Source: Candidatus Falkowbacteria bacterium (lineage in GTDB: Bacteria > Patescibacteriota > Patescibacteriia > UBA11705 > JACRDX01). Taken from it: DNA of 64,000 nucleotides. Positions within the stretch are counted from its first letter, which is position 1. The number at the start of each line of letters is the position of its first letter. The notes below the pieces were generated by a model. The model was not told the origin of the DNA. It did no database searches and saw nothing but the letters and a program-made list of their open reading frames with translations. Positions 37,918 through 47,418 of this stretch are shown here, piece by piece. Position numbers and translations under genes: made by a program. The DNA lies in NCBI GenBank assembly GCA_043798985.1, contig JAZDOE010000002.1, forward strand, positions 22,500 to 86,499. The letters run 5' to 3'.

Positions 37918-38979
37918 TTAACGCGACAATGCCAGCTCAATCAATTTTGTAATTAAATTTTGATATTTCAACCCGCTTGCTTCCCACATTTTAGGATACA
38001 TTGAAATTTGGGTAAATCCCGGGATAGTATTGATTTCATTCAAAAAAATGTTGCCCTGCGGATCAACTAAAAAATCTACGCGCGCGAAACCATGGCAACA
38101 AACCAAATCATAGGTTTCGCGCGCCAATTTCTGAATTCTCAAAATTACTTCTTCTGAAAGATCTGCCGGAGCAACCGTTTTTGATTTATCGCTTTTATAC
38201 TTGTCATCATAATCATAAAATTCCGCTCCCGGAATAATTTCGCCGGGCAATGAAACCCGCGTATCATCATATTTGTTTCCCAAAACAGAAACTTCAATTT
38301 CCCTCGCGCCCTCAATAGATTCTTCAATGATAATTCTATTATCAAAGGTTCTAGCATGCTCAACCGCAGCACCCAATTGTCTGGCGTCTTTAACCTTAAC
38401 AATACCGACTGATGAACCCAAATTACATGGCTTCACAAAAATAGGAAAACAAAAAGCGTTTTTGACGTTTGATAATTGTTCATTTATAACCTCCGCAGAC
38501 ATTTTATTAAAATCCAAAATTTCAAATTTAGTTTGCGGAATATTCTTTGCCCTTAGCAACGACTTGAAAATTCCCTTGTCCAAACAAACTGCTGACGCCA
38601 AAATATCTGCCCCAACAAATTTTTTATTGACCGAACGAATCAATCCCTGAATTTCGCCATCCTCGCCGCCAGCGCCATGCAATATCGGAAAAAACACATC
38701 CACATTCTTGCCATCAACAAAAAAATCAAATTGTTTCGCTCCCACTTGCTCCACGGTTACAGCATCAACAACTCCTTGCGAAATTTGCTTTAGAAAATTT
38801 TCCGCTGTCCAAAAATTTCCATGTTTATCTATCCCAATTTCAACGACGGCAAACTTTTTACGATCAATATTGTCAATAATTCCTTTTGCCGACATTATTG
38901 AAACCTCATGTTCCGGCGACTTTCCGCCGAAAATCAAACCAACAATTATTTTTTTACTTTTTGGTCCCATAAAGTTCAT
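37918..38979 (-). CDS. ddl: D-alanine--D-alanine ligase
   Basis: FGGKSPEHEVS, LHGAGGEDG, KP..LGSSVG, FYDYDDKY and NEINTIPGFT motifs; exact start uncertain (38970 or 38979). Confidence 0.95.
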   Translation of the reverse strand: MNFMGPKSKKIIVGLIFGGKSPEHEVSIMSAKGIIDNIDRKKFAVVEIGIDKHGNFWTAENFLKQISQGVVDAVTVEQVGAKQFDFFVDGKNVDVFFPILHGAGGEDGEIQGLIRSVNKKFVGADILASAVCLDKGIFKSLLRAKNIPQTKFEILDFNKMSAEVINEQLSNVKNAFCFPIFVKPCNLGSSVGIVKVKDARQLGAAVEHARTFDNRIIIEESIEGAREIEVSVLGNKYDDTRVSLPGEIIPGAEFYDYDDKYKSDKSKTVAPADLSEEVILRIQKLARETYDLVCCHGFARVDFLVDPQGNIFLNEINTIPGFTQISMYPKMWEASGLKYQNLITKLIELALSR

Positions 38980-39298
38980 AAAATTCCTCTTTTTGGTTTG
39001 CCAGCAAACGCTTACGTTCTTCCTCGTCCTTACAATCAAACAAACGGCATCTGGTATTCTTACAAATATCTGGTCTATTTTCATAATCTTTACATTTACC
39101 ACGTTGCTCGTCAAATTCCTTGCAAGAATAAAAATCCAACTTGTATCCGTCCGGGCAACTTTCACGCGCATATCGTCCCATGTGTGTAAATTTTTCTTTT
39201 GCTTTTTTATCAAGCTGCGTAAATGCCGGCACTTTTACAGGATTACAACAAAAACTACCGCACTTATTTTCAAAACAAGGATTTTCTTTTTTATTCAT
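38954..39298 (-). CDS. YkgJ-family cysteine-cluster (CxxCxxCC-like) protein
   Basis: C..KCGSFCC, C..FD...GKC..YENRP.IC. Confidence 0.8.
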   Translation of the reverse strand: MNKKENPCFENKCGSFCCNPVKVPAFTQLDKKAKEKFTHMGRYARESCPDGYKLDFYSCKEFDEQRGKCKDYENRPDICKNTRCRLFDCKDEEERKRLLANQKEEFYELYGTKK

Positions 39299-39302
39299 AA
39301 TC

Positions 39303-40496
39303 TTACTCTTTCCTTTCCTCCAACGTCACCTTGATTATTTTCGTCTCGCCATTTCGCAAAACTTTCAATATGACGACATCATTCGGAGCATATTTAGAAA
39401 TTTCTGTTGCCAAAGTTTTTTCATTCAGTTTAACACCATTGATTTCCAAAATTATGTCATCAACTTTCAGACCGGCTTTGGCCGCCGGACTATTTGGAAC
39501 GATTGCTTGCTCACCTGCTGTTTGTCCGGCGGCAATCAATGCTCCGTAATTCACCGGCAGTTTATTCGCGTCCGCGATTTTTTGATTCAAAACAACATAG
39601 CGAACGCCCAGCCACGGTCGAACAATCCTGCCATATTTTTTCACGCTGTCCAATGCTTTTTTGGCAACATTTATCGGAATGGCAAAACCAACTGACTCGC
39701 CCGAAAGATTCACCGCAGTATTAATGCCAATCGCCTTCCCACCCAAATCCAGCAATGGCCCACCGGAATTGCCCGGGTTTATCGCGGCGTCAGTCTGAAT
39801 CGCCTCATCAATCGTTGAAAAGGTGTTAGCCGCATAATCGCTGGCAGTCACCTTGCGATTTATTCCAGAAATCACGCCCTTTGTCACTGTGTTTTTGTAT
39901 TCAGCCAAACTAAAACCAATAGCAATCGCAGTCTGGCCGATTTGAATTTTGTCAGAATTGCCAAGATCAAGTACTGCCAAATTTTTTGCTTCAATTTTAA
40001 GAATGGCAATATCATTTGCCGGATCTTTACCAAAAATTTTCGCTTTAAACTCGCGGCCGTCATTCAAACTTACCGTGTATTCAGCCGCGTCGTCAAAAAC
40101 AACGTGTTTGTTAGTTAAAATCAATCCGTCAGGCGACACAATAAAACCAGAACCATTGCCGATTGTCTGCTTGATTTTACTAAATCCATCAAGCGGACCG
40201 GTCAAATTATAATATTGGTCAAGCTCTTTTGTGATGACAATGCTGACAACTGCTGGACTGGCTTTTTTCACAACATCAATTGTGTTTGATTCTTCTTCAA
40301 CTTTTACAACTTTCGGAGAAGTTGAATCAGAGGCGGGCGCGTTTGGCGTCGCGTCTCCCAAAAATGATTTGCCCCAATTTTTTTTTTGCATTTTGGTCAA
40401 AAGAAAAAAAGAACCCATTGCGCCGCCAAACGCGCCCGCGACAAAGCTGGTAATAATTACCGCGCACAAAATTGTTTTAAATTGCCCCTTTGACAT
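39303..40496 (-). CDS. htrA: HtrA/DegP-like serine protease with PDZ domain
   Basis: GSGFIV, LTNKHVV, IQTDAAINPGNSGGPL, SPAAKAGL. Confidence 0.93.
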   Translation of the reverse strand: MSKGQFKTILCAVIITSFVAGAFGGAMGSFFLLTKMQKKNWGKSFLGDATPNAPASDSTSPKVVKVEEESNTIDVVKKASPAVVSIVITKELDQYYNLTGPLDGFSKIKQTIGNGSGFIVSPDGLILTNKHVVFDDAAEYTVSLNDGREFKAKIFGKDPANDIAILKIEAKNLAVLDLGNSDKIQIGQTAIAIGFSLAEYKNTVTKGVISGINRKVTASDYAANTFSTIDEAIQTDAAINPGNSGGPLLDLGGKAIGINTAVNLSGESVGFAIPINVAKKALDSVKKYGRIVRPWLGVRYVVLNQKIADANKLPVNYGALIAAGQTAGEQAIVPNSPAAKAGLKVDDIILEINGVKLNEKTLATEISKYAPNDVVILKVLRNGETKIIKVTLEERKE

Positions 40497-40500
40497 ATAA

Positions 40501-40773
40501 TTATTTTCCTAACATATTCAACAAACCGCTCGGCATTGCGCCGGATTTTACGCCGCCGATCAAACCAGAATACTGCCCCAGCGCATTTTTAATCATCGGC
40601 GGCAAATAAATAAGCGCCAATGCGAGAGGAATTACCACTATCAGAATTTTTATAACACCCGCGACTTTTTGCCAAAATAAATAATTTTTTATTTTGCGCA
40701 CATCAACTTCCAAATCATGCAAAAGCTCCAAATTCTGCTTCATTAAATTTTTCAATTGTTCTAAGTCCTCCAT
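40501..40773 (-). CDS. Small hypothetical membrane protein
   Basis: Coiled N-terminus plus one TM helix. Confidence 0.65.
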   Translation of the reverse strand: MEDLEQLKNLMKQNLELLHDLEVDVRKIKNYLFWQKVAGVIKILIVVIPLALALIYLPPMIKNALGQYSGLIGGVKSGAMPSGLLNMLGK

Positions 40774-40822
40774 ATAATTGTGAAATTATCAATTACCAAT
40801 TTCTAATTTTCAATTTTTGTAG

Positions 40823-41515
40823 TTATCTGATCCCACATGTTTTAAACCACCCCTTAATCTGCGCCTTAATATCATTTAACTCTTTTAACGTTAATCGCGG
40901 CGTGTTCAACAACGAAGGGTCAATAATTCTATCAGTCGGTTTAAACCGCTGAATAAAAAATTTATTCGCGCCTTTCACCTGTTTGGCCATTTCAACAATA
41001 TCATTTGAACTGTGCAGTTCTGATAAAACGGTCGCGCGAAATTCATGTTCAACGCCACTATTTAATATTATTATAGCACTTTTTTTAACCGCAGACATAT
41101 CAACCGTTGCGCCAATGATCTTTGAATATTTTTGCCACGGCGCCTTTATATCCATTGCAAAATAATCAACCGCTTTTTCAGCCAGCAACTGTTCAAGTAC
41201 ACCCGGATTTGTTCCGTTTGTGTCCAACTTGACCAACAAACCGCGCTCTTTTATTTTTTTTATAAATTTCAACAAATCTTTTTGCAAAGTTGGCTCGCCG
41301 CCGGTAATGCAAACCGCATCAATCAAATGCTGACGCGCTTTGATCAAATCCCAAATGTCGCTTTCACTGATTGTTTTAACGTATTGCGCTGGAATAACTA
41401 ACTCTGGATTATAACAAAAACGGCAACGAAATCCGCATCCCTTGGTAAAAATAGTCATTGCCACTTTTCCAGGATAATCCAGCAATGTAAGCGGTTGTAC
41501 GCCACCAATCAACAT
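40823..41515 (-). CDS. nrdG: Anaerobic RNR activating enzyme (radical SAM)
   Basis: DYPGK, GCGFRCRFCYNP, ITGGEPT and KLDTNG motifs; next to nrdD. Confidence 0.92.
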   Translation of the reverse strand: MLIGGVQPLTLLDYPGKVAMTIFTKGCGFRCRFCYNPELVIPAQYVKTISESDIWDLIKARQHLIDAVCITGGEPTLQKDLLKFIKKIKERGLLVKLDTNGTNPGVLEQLLAEKAVDYFAMDIKAPWQKYSKIIGATVDMSAVKKSAIIILNSGVEHEFRATVLSELHSSNDIVEMAKQVKGANKFFIQRFKPTDRIIDPSLLNTPRLTLKELNDIKAQIKGWFKTCGIR

Positions 41516-41524
41516 AAAATAAAA

Positions 41525-41640
41525 AACACGAAATCCGAAGCACTAAATCCTAAACAAATTCGAAATCTGAATGTTTCAAAATTGGAAAATTCAAGTTTCG
41601 TGCTTGTTTCGTATTTCGATATTCTAATTTCGTGCTTTCT
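41525..41640. repeat. Dispersed AT-rich intergenic element
   Basis: Homologous to 11119-11262 and 51305-51426. Confidence 0.65.
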
Positions 41641-41645
41641 TTTTG

Positions 41646-41846
41646 TTATTGTAAAAGCGCATCACTTTTATGCATTACCTGATCATATGTCCTGCGATCT
41701 CCAAACTCCGAGCGCTTTCCCTCATTCCACCGGTTCACTGGACTCAAATATCCCACAACTCGAGAATAAATCTCGCATTTTTGTCTTGGTTTTTGTATTG
41801 GTGTCATAACTGCTACGGCTAACATATTTGTTTTTATATTATACAA
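41646..41846 (-). CDS. Stand-alone NrdD glycyl-radical domain protein
   Basis: CEIYSRVVGYLSPV..WN.GK..EF.DR glycyl-radical loop; true start may be 41807. Confidence 0.88.
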   Translation of the reverse strand: MYNIKTNMLAVAVMTPIQKPRQKCEIYSRVVGYLSPVNRWNEGKRSEFGDRRTYDQVMHKSDALLQ

Positions 41847-41875
41847 CTAAACTAACAATCAACCAAGTGTCTAAA

Positions 41876-44800
41876 TTAACCATTTTTCGGAGCTTGCGCT
41901 GTGTTATCCACAGCATTGGAATTTGGGACTTGCCCGCCTGCTCGCCTCGCCCGCCTTGACTCGGCGAGGCAGGCTGACGCTTCGTCGAAGCGGGCCGACG
42001 AGGCAGGGTCATTAAGTTTCAACGCTTCCCGCCCTTGATCAACATACCCAGACTGCTCGTCGCACAAAGGGCAATATTCTTGCTCACCGGATAAATAGCC
42101 GTGAATCGGACAAATGCTGAATGTCGGCGTAATTGTAAAATATGGCAACCGAAAATTGTTGGCAATTTTCTTAACAAGTTCTTTCGTGGCTTCTGGCGAA
42201 GGCATTTTTTCGCCGAGAAAGCCGTGGAACACGGTGCCGCCAGTGTAGCGAATCTGCAAATCATCCTGCAATCGCAAGGCCGTGAAAATATCGTCAGTAT
42301 AGCCAACGGGCAAATGCGTGGAATTTGTATAATATGGAGCGGCATTGCGCGCGCGGCAGGCAACTTCATTGGCGACAATAATATCGGGAAATTTCTTTTT
42401 ATCAATTTTGGCAAAACGGTATGACGCGCCTTCTGCCGGAGTCGCTTCCAAATTGTACAAATGGTTGGTCGCGTTTTGGTAATCCATAATCCGTTCTCTC
42501 ATAAAATCCAAAACCTGCCGCGCGAATTTATGGCCTTCAACTGTCGTAATATCTTGCCCCAACAAATTCAACGCTGATTCATTAACACCATTCAAACCGA
42601 TTGTATTAAAATGATTTTGCCAATATCCGCCAAACCGTTCTTTTATTAAGCCAAGAAAATGCTTTGAATATGGATAAAGTCCGCCGTCCGTGAGATTTTC
42701 TAGAACGGTTCGCTTAACTTCCAAACTTTCTTTTGCCAAATCCATCAATTTTCCAAGCTTGTCAAAAAATTCTTCTTTGCTATTAGACAAATATCCCAAA
42801 CGCGACATGTGGATCGTCACCACGCCAATACTGCCAGTTAGCGGGTTAGCGCCAAATAAACCGCCCCCGCGCTTGCGCAATTCTCTATTGTCCAAACGCA
42901 AACGGCAACACATGCTCCGCGCGTCCTCTGGCTTCATATCGGAAAATATGAAATTCGCAAAATATGGAATGCCGTACTTTGATGTCATTTCCATGATTTT
43001 TTGAATAATCGGCGCGTCCCAATTCCAGTCTTTTGTCACATTATACGTTGGAATGGGCCAGCTCAAAACCCTGCCTTTTCTATCACCCTCTGTCATCACC
43101 TCAATAAATGCCTGATTAAACATGTCCATTTCTTTTTGGAACTCGCCGTAGGTTTCTTTTTGCGGCTGACCTCCGATTATTATTGACTCTTTCGCCAAAA
43201 TTCCGGCTGGAAACAAATCAAATGTCACGTTTGTAAATGGCGTGTTGCCTGTTATAAATATTTTGCCATTGCGCCGCGCAATAACGGTTTCATTATCCGT
43301 ATTTGGACACCAAATAATCCCCTCATAATCAACTTTTGTCACCTTATTAATATATGTATCTACATGCTTAATCAACCTAATAATATACCGATCTTTTTTA
43401 GACAATTTGTTGTCTGGCTTTCGCGTCAGCACAGTGGCGCCATATCCGGCATTTACCGCCACCTGCAAAAGTCCATCTGCGATCTTTTTTGATGTCGTCG
43501 TAATTTTGCATCCATCGTGACCATCTCCTTTTATATACGTCTCTAAAAACAATCTGGACGTTTCAACGTCAGCTTGCAAAATACTCTGTGGAATCAATTT
43601 AATACCCTGCTGCTTATCGGACTTAAAATAATTCAATATTTTTCTGGTGCTAAACGCGTCAAAACGCAAAACATTACAATCCTGACCCAATCCGCACTGC
43701 ATTCTTTCTGTATATTTCAATCCCAAATTATCGCAAATTGAAACTATCTCATCATAATTGTCAGCAGACACTGCACGCGATTGATAAATGCTTATGCGGC
43801 CAGTACCCCGTTCGCCCTTATCTATGGTTCCTTCTGCCACTATCCACGCAATCAACTTTACAATTTCTTCATTCAACGAACCATTGCCACGCGTATTTCC
43901 ATCGCTACCGACTGGCACGATAAATGGCGATTTCAATGCTATAACATCTTCTATTTTTTCCAAAACATATTCACTGCCATTGAACTTTTTCCGCACGACA
44001 CGATGTTCTGGCGAAATAAGCTGGTCGCTAATTCTGTTTTTCAAATTATACATTTTACCGGAATATTTTCGCGCAAAAACTTTATTAACCGGCAGATACT
44101 CAATATACCCCCCTTCAACATTAAACGTTGCAATTATATCGCCACTTTTTATTTGATTATATTGAGCCCAGCCATTTTTACCCAAAATTTCCGTGTCCTC
44201 TGACATGCATTGAAACCCTACTCGCGTAGGCACGTTCATATTAAACAAAAAAATCTGCATCTGTTGTTTAACCTGATCCTGCGTCAGACTGTCGTATCTG
44301 ATAAATGGCGCCAAATACGTGTCCAAACTGGAAACCGCTTGCGCGCCAGCTGAATTTCCACACCAGCAAGCCCGACCCTTTCTTCTTACATATAAAGTAT
44401 GATTTGGCACTTCCAAACAATAAACCGTTCCATAATAATGCACCTTTTTTATATTTTGTTCTTTGCTCCTGAATTTAAAATGTCTTGACCGAGAAACGCA
44501 AACTTTATACCATTTAAAATTCTTTTTGTGTTTTTCGTAAATATTAGCGCTAAATCCTAATTTTAATATTATCTCCTGAACATCGTCTGCCAATTTTTTG
44601 CTTTTTGTATAATATTCAATATTACCACCACCAATATACCCATCACCAGCCATCATCCAGTGCAATAAAATATCCAATTCTGCTTTTGCCAAGTTCTTAA
44701 TTTCTTTAGGAATAAACTTACTGTCCGCTTTTCCAAACTGTTTCAGATATAAAAATAATTGCTTATTGCCAATATAAAATTCCAGTTTTTTATTATTAAC

Positions 44801-46099
44801 TTTTTTATTATATTTAAATGGAAGTTTTCTCAAAATTTGTTCAAATTCATCGGCAATTTTTCCTTGATTTTGACTGATGCGCACTAAATACTCATAATAT
44901 GCTTTCTTGCGACCTTTTCTTTTTCTTTCCCGCAAAGAAACACAACCTTCTGCTATCCAAAAACCAAAAAATGCCAACCAATCTTTCATCATTATTTTTT
45001 TCGCTAAGCATTTTTTAATTACATATTTTTTACCATAATGCTGGTACTGCCTAATGTCTATTTCCGGCAAAATAAATTCTTTTTTTGATACGCCGTTCCA
45101 TGCTCCATTCTTAGGAATAAAATGCTCACTAGGATTAAACGCCGCTGCTTTGACAAACTTTCGACGATATGGTCCGCCCTTACAGTTCGGGCAATATTGG
45201 TCAACAACCATGTTATGATTTGGAGTGACTAAAATATCTATTTTTTTGGATTTAAAATTATATAATTCTCCGTTGTAAATATATTTGTAAAACTTAATCG
45301 GCTTTTTCAATTCAATTCTATTCGTTTGATTATTTAGTGTAAAAACTTTATTTTGCTTATCTACTTCATAAAAATATTTCCACCCTGAATCAGTTAAAAC
45401 TTCGGTATCCTCTGAATAACATTCTCCCTGCAAAGTATAAAAAAAATTCACCAGCTGTCCCAATGCCGTGGCAAAATGTTTCGGCGGCTTGCTTTCCACC
45501 TTGCCGGAAATTCCGCCAAAGCCGCGCGAAATTAAGTCGTGCAAATCCCAGCCGCAACAATAGGTAGATAAAATTTGTAAATCATGAATGTGAAAATCAC
45601 CATTCACGTGCGCGTCTTTTACTTTTGGCGGATAAATTTTATTCAGCCAATAGTTCGCGCTAATAGTTGAAGAAACGTAATTATTCAAACCTTGCAACGA
45701 AAAATCCATGTTGCTATTTTCTTTGACGCGCCAATCCAGCTTTTGCAAATATCCTTCAATCAGATCATTTGGATCAATCAAATTACTCATTTCACGAATT
45801 TTCGCGTGCTGATCGCGATAAATCACGTACGCTTTGACGGTTTTACGAAGTTTATTATCAATTAAAACATCCTCAACAATATCCTGAATTTCTTCAATCG
45901 CGGGAATTGTCCTTTCGTGAAATTTTTTGTTAAGCCGCTCAACAACTTCATCGGATGCTTTTTCAGCCTGCTCTTTTGCGCCTTCTTCCGCGGCTTGCAT
46001 TGCTTTAAAAATCGCAGTCGTGATTTTATTTTGGTCAAAATCAACAATCCTGCCATCGCGCTTGCAAATCTGAATAATCTTATTGCCAGAATAAGACAT
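41876..46099 (-). CDS. nrdD: Class III anaerobic ribonucleoside-triphosphate reductase with ATP-cone and two inteins
   Basis: KRDGR ATP-cone, HIHDL, RSMCCRL, NLEATPAEG..YR, YTNSTH, YTGGT and CPIHG...CP.C motifs. Confidence 0.95.
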   Translation of the reverse strand: MSYSGNKIIQICKRDGRIVDFDQNKITTAIFKAMQAAEEGAKEQAEKASDEVVERLNKKFHERTIPAIEEIQDIVEDVLIDNKLRKTVKAYVIYRDQHAKIREMSNLIDPNDLIEGYLQKLDWRVKENSNMDFSLQGLNNYVSSTISANYWLNKIYPPKVKDAHVNGDFHIHDLQILSTYCCGWDLHDLISRGFGGISGKVESKPPKHFATALGQLVNFFYTLQGECYSEDTEVLTDSGWKYFYEVDKQNKVFTLNNQTNRIELKKPIKFYKYIYNGELYNFKSKKIDILVTPNHNMVVDQYCPNCKGGPYRRKFVKAAAFNPSEHFIPKNGAWNGVSKKEFILPEIDIRQYQHYGKKYVIKKCLAKKIMMKDWLAFFGFWIAEGCVSLRERKRKGRKKAYYEYLVRISQNQGKIADEFEQILRKLPFKYNKKVNNKKLEFYIGNKQLFLYLKQFGKADSKFIPKEIKNLAKAELDILLHWMMAGDGYIGGGNIEYYTKSKKLADDVQEIILKLGFSANIYEKHKKNFKWYKVCVSRSRHFKFRSKEQNIKKVHYYGTVYCLEVPNHTLYVRRKGRACWCGNSAGAQAVSSLDTYLAPFIRYDSLTQDQVKQQMQIFLFNMNVPTRVGFQCMSEDTEILGKNGWAQYNQIKSGDIIATFNVEGGYIEYLPVNKVFARKYSGKMYNLKNRISDQLISPEHRVVRKKFNGSEYVLEKIEDVIALKSPFIVPVGSDGNTRGNGSLNEEIVKLIAWIVAEGTIDKGERGTGRISIYQSRAVSADNYDEIVSICDNLGLKYTERMQCGLGQDCNVLRFDAFSTRKILNYFKSDKQQGIKLIPQSILQADVETSRLFLETYIKGDGHDGCKITTTSKKIADGLLQVAVNAGYGATVLTRKPDNKLSKKDRYIIRLIKHVDTYINKVTKVDYEGIIWCPNTDNETVIARRNGKIFITGNTPFTNVTFDLFPAGILAKESIIIGGQPQKETYGEFQKEMDMFNQAFIEVMTEGDRKGRVLSWPIPTYNVTKDWNWDAPIIQKIMEMTSKYGIPYFANFIFSDMKPEDARSMCCRLRLDNRELRKRGGGLFGANPLTGSIGVVTIHMSRLGYLSNSKEEFFDKLGKLMDLAKESLEVKRTVLENLTDGGLYPYSKHFLGLIKERFGGYWQNHFNTIGLNGVNESALNLLGQDITTVEGHKFARQVLDFMRERIMDYQNATNHLYNLEATPAEGASYRFAKIDKKKFPDIIVANEVACRARNAAPYYTNSTHLPVGYTDDIFTALRLQDDLQIRYTGGTVFHGFLGEKMPSPEATKELVKKIANNFRLPYFTITPTFSICPIHGYLSGEQEYCPLCDEQSGYVDQGREALKLNDPASSARFDEASACLAESRRARRAGGQVPNSNAVDNTAQAPKNG
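43244..44209 (-). mobile_element. Intein 2 in NrdD (322 aa) with LAGLIDADG-type endonuclease
   Basis: VGFQ|CMSEDTEIL...ISPEH...WIVAEG...KGDG...IWCPNT...ITGN|TPFTN. Confidence 0.92.
44354..45421 (-). mobile_element. Intein 1 in NrdD (356 aa) with LAGLIDADG-type endonuclease
   Basis: QGE|CYSEDTEVLT...VTPNH...FWIAEG...AGDG...VYCLEVPNH...WCGN|SAGAQ. Confidence 0.92.
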
Positions 46100-46135
46100 A
46101 AATAAAAAATCAAAATTAAAAATTCCGAAGGACCG

Positions 46136-47335
46136 TCACATCATCTTTTTACGGATGAACGCCGGAATTTCAAAATCGTCATTATCGTCATCTGTTTCTT
46201 TTACTTTTTCTCGCGCAGACTCTTTTGTTTTTTCGCGAGTCAAGGTTGATGCCTCTTCTTTATTGTCAAAATTCGGAGTTGAACCGGCGGTGAACAAATG
46301 ACTTGGCTTTGATTCAGTTTTTTTGACCTGCTGACCAAAGTACGTCACAGATGACGCTTGCGGCAAGCGCATTAAATTATCTTTTTTCTCAAAACCGGTC
46401 GCGACAACGGTCACCTTCAAAGTATCTTTGATTTTTTCATCCACAACAGCGCCGAAAATAATACGCGCGTCAGAATCAACTTTTTCGGTGATTATTTTTG
46501 CAACATCATTAACCTCGTGCATGGACAAATTTGAACCTGAAATAACCGTAAACAAGACGCCTTTCGCGCCCTCAATGGATGTTTCAAGCAATGGGCTGGA
46601 AATCGCGGCTTTTGCCGCCTCAATGGCGCGGTTGTCGCCAGTTGCCTCGCCAACGCCCATAAGCGCAGAGCCAGCATTAAACATAATTGTTTTCACATCC
46701 GCGAAATCAACATTAATCAAGCCGGGCAAAGTAATCAGCTCTGAAATCCCTTGCACACCTTGCCGCAAAACCTCATCAACCATGGCAAACGCCTCAACGA
46801 TCGGTGTTTTTTTATCAATAATCTGCCAAATTTTATCGTTTGGAATAACAATCAATGTATCAACTTTATTTTCAATTTGCCGCAAAGCTTCGTCAGCGAT
46901 TTTTTTACGCGGCCCGCCTTCAAAAGCAAACGGCTTCGTCACGACGGCGATTGTCAATGCCCCAAGTTCCTTTGCCAATTCAGCGATCACCGGGGCCGCG
47001 CCAGATCCGGTCCCGCCTCCAAGCCCGCAAGTAATAAAAACCATGTCCGAACCTTTGAGCATTTCTCTAATTTCATTTTGCGATTCTTCAGCGGCTTTTC
47101 GACCCAAGTCAGGATTCATTCCCGCGCCAAGTCCGCGCGTTGTCGCTTTTCCGATGTGCAATTTATTACCCGCACAGCTTACTTGCAGTGCCTGCAAATC
47201 CGTGTTCACGGCAATGAATTCCACTCCCTGAACTTTTGACGCAATCATTCTGTTCACCGCTGACCCTCCGCTACCCCCTACTCCTATTACCTTGATTTTG
47301 GCTATTGTCTCAATTGGTGGTTTGACTTCTGGCAT
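46136..47335 (-). CDS. ftsZ: Cell division protein FtsZ
   Basis: GLGGGTGSG, LINVDFAD and the C-terminal IPAFIRK peptide. Confidence 0.98.
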   Translation of the reverse strand: MPEVKPPIETIAKIKVIGVGGSGGSAVNRMIASKVQGVEFIAVNTDLQALQVSCAGNKLHIGKATTRGLGAGMNPDLGRKAAEESQNEIREMLKGSDMVFITCGLGGGTGSGAAPVIAELAKELGALTIAVVTKPFAFEGGPRKKIADEALRQIENKVDTLIVIPNDKIWQIIDKKTPIVEAFAMVDEVLRQGVQGISELITLPGLINVDFADVKTIMFNAGSALMGVGEATGDNRAIEAAKAAISSPLLETSIEGAKGVLFTVISGSNLSMHEVNDVAKIITEKVDSDARIIFGAVVDEKIKDTLKVTVVATGFEKKDNLMRLPQASSVTYFGQQVKKTESKPSHLFTAGSTPNFDNKEEASTLTREKTKESAREKVKETDDDNDDFEIPAFIRKKMM

Positions 47336-47418
47336 AAAATTTAAATTTTATTCAATTATCTTATCTCATTGTAAATAAAAAAGCAAAAATCCCCCTGATT
47401 TTTGTTTTTGTTTTTTGT

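Noticed and set aside
38980-39213. Long N-terminal extensions of Ddl (and likewise LepB 62815-62940)
   Set aside because: They overlap the YkgJ-like gene or translate through an intergenic repeat; ORF-caller artefacts.
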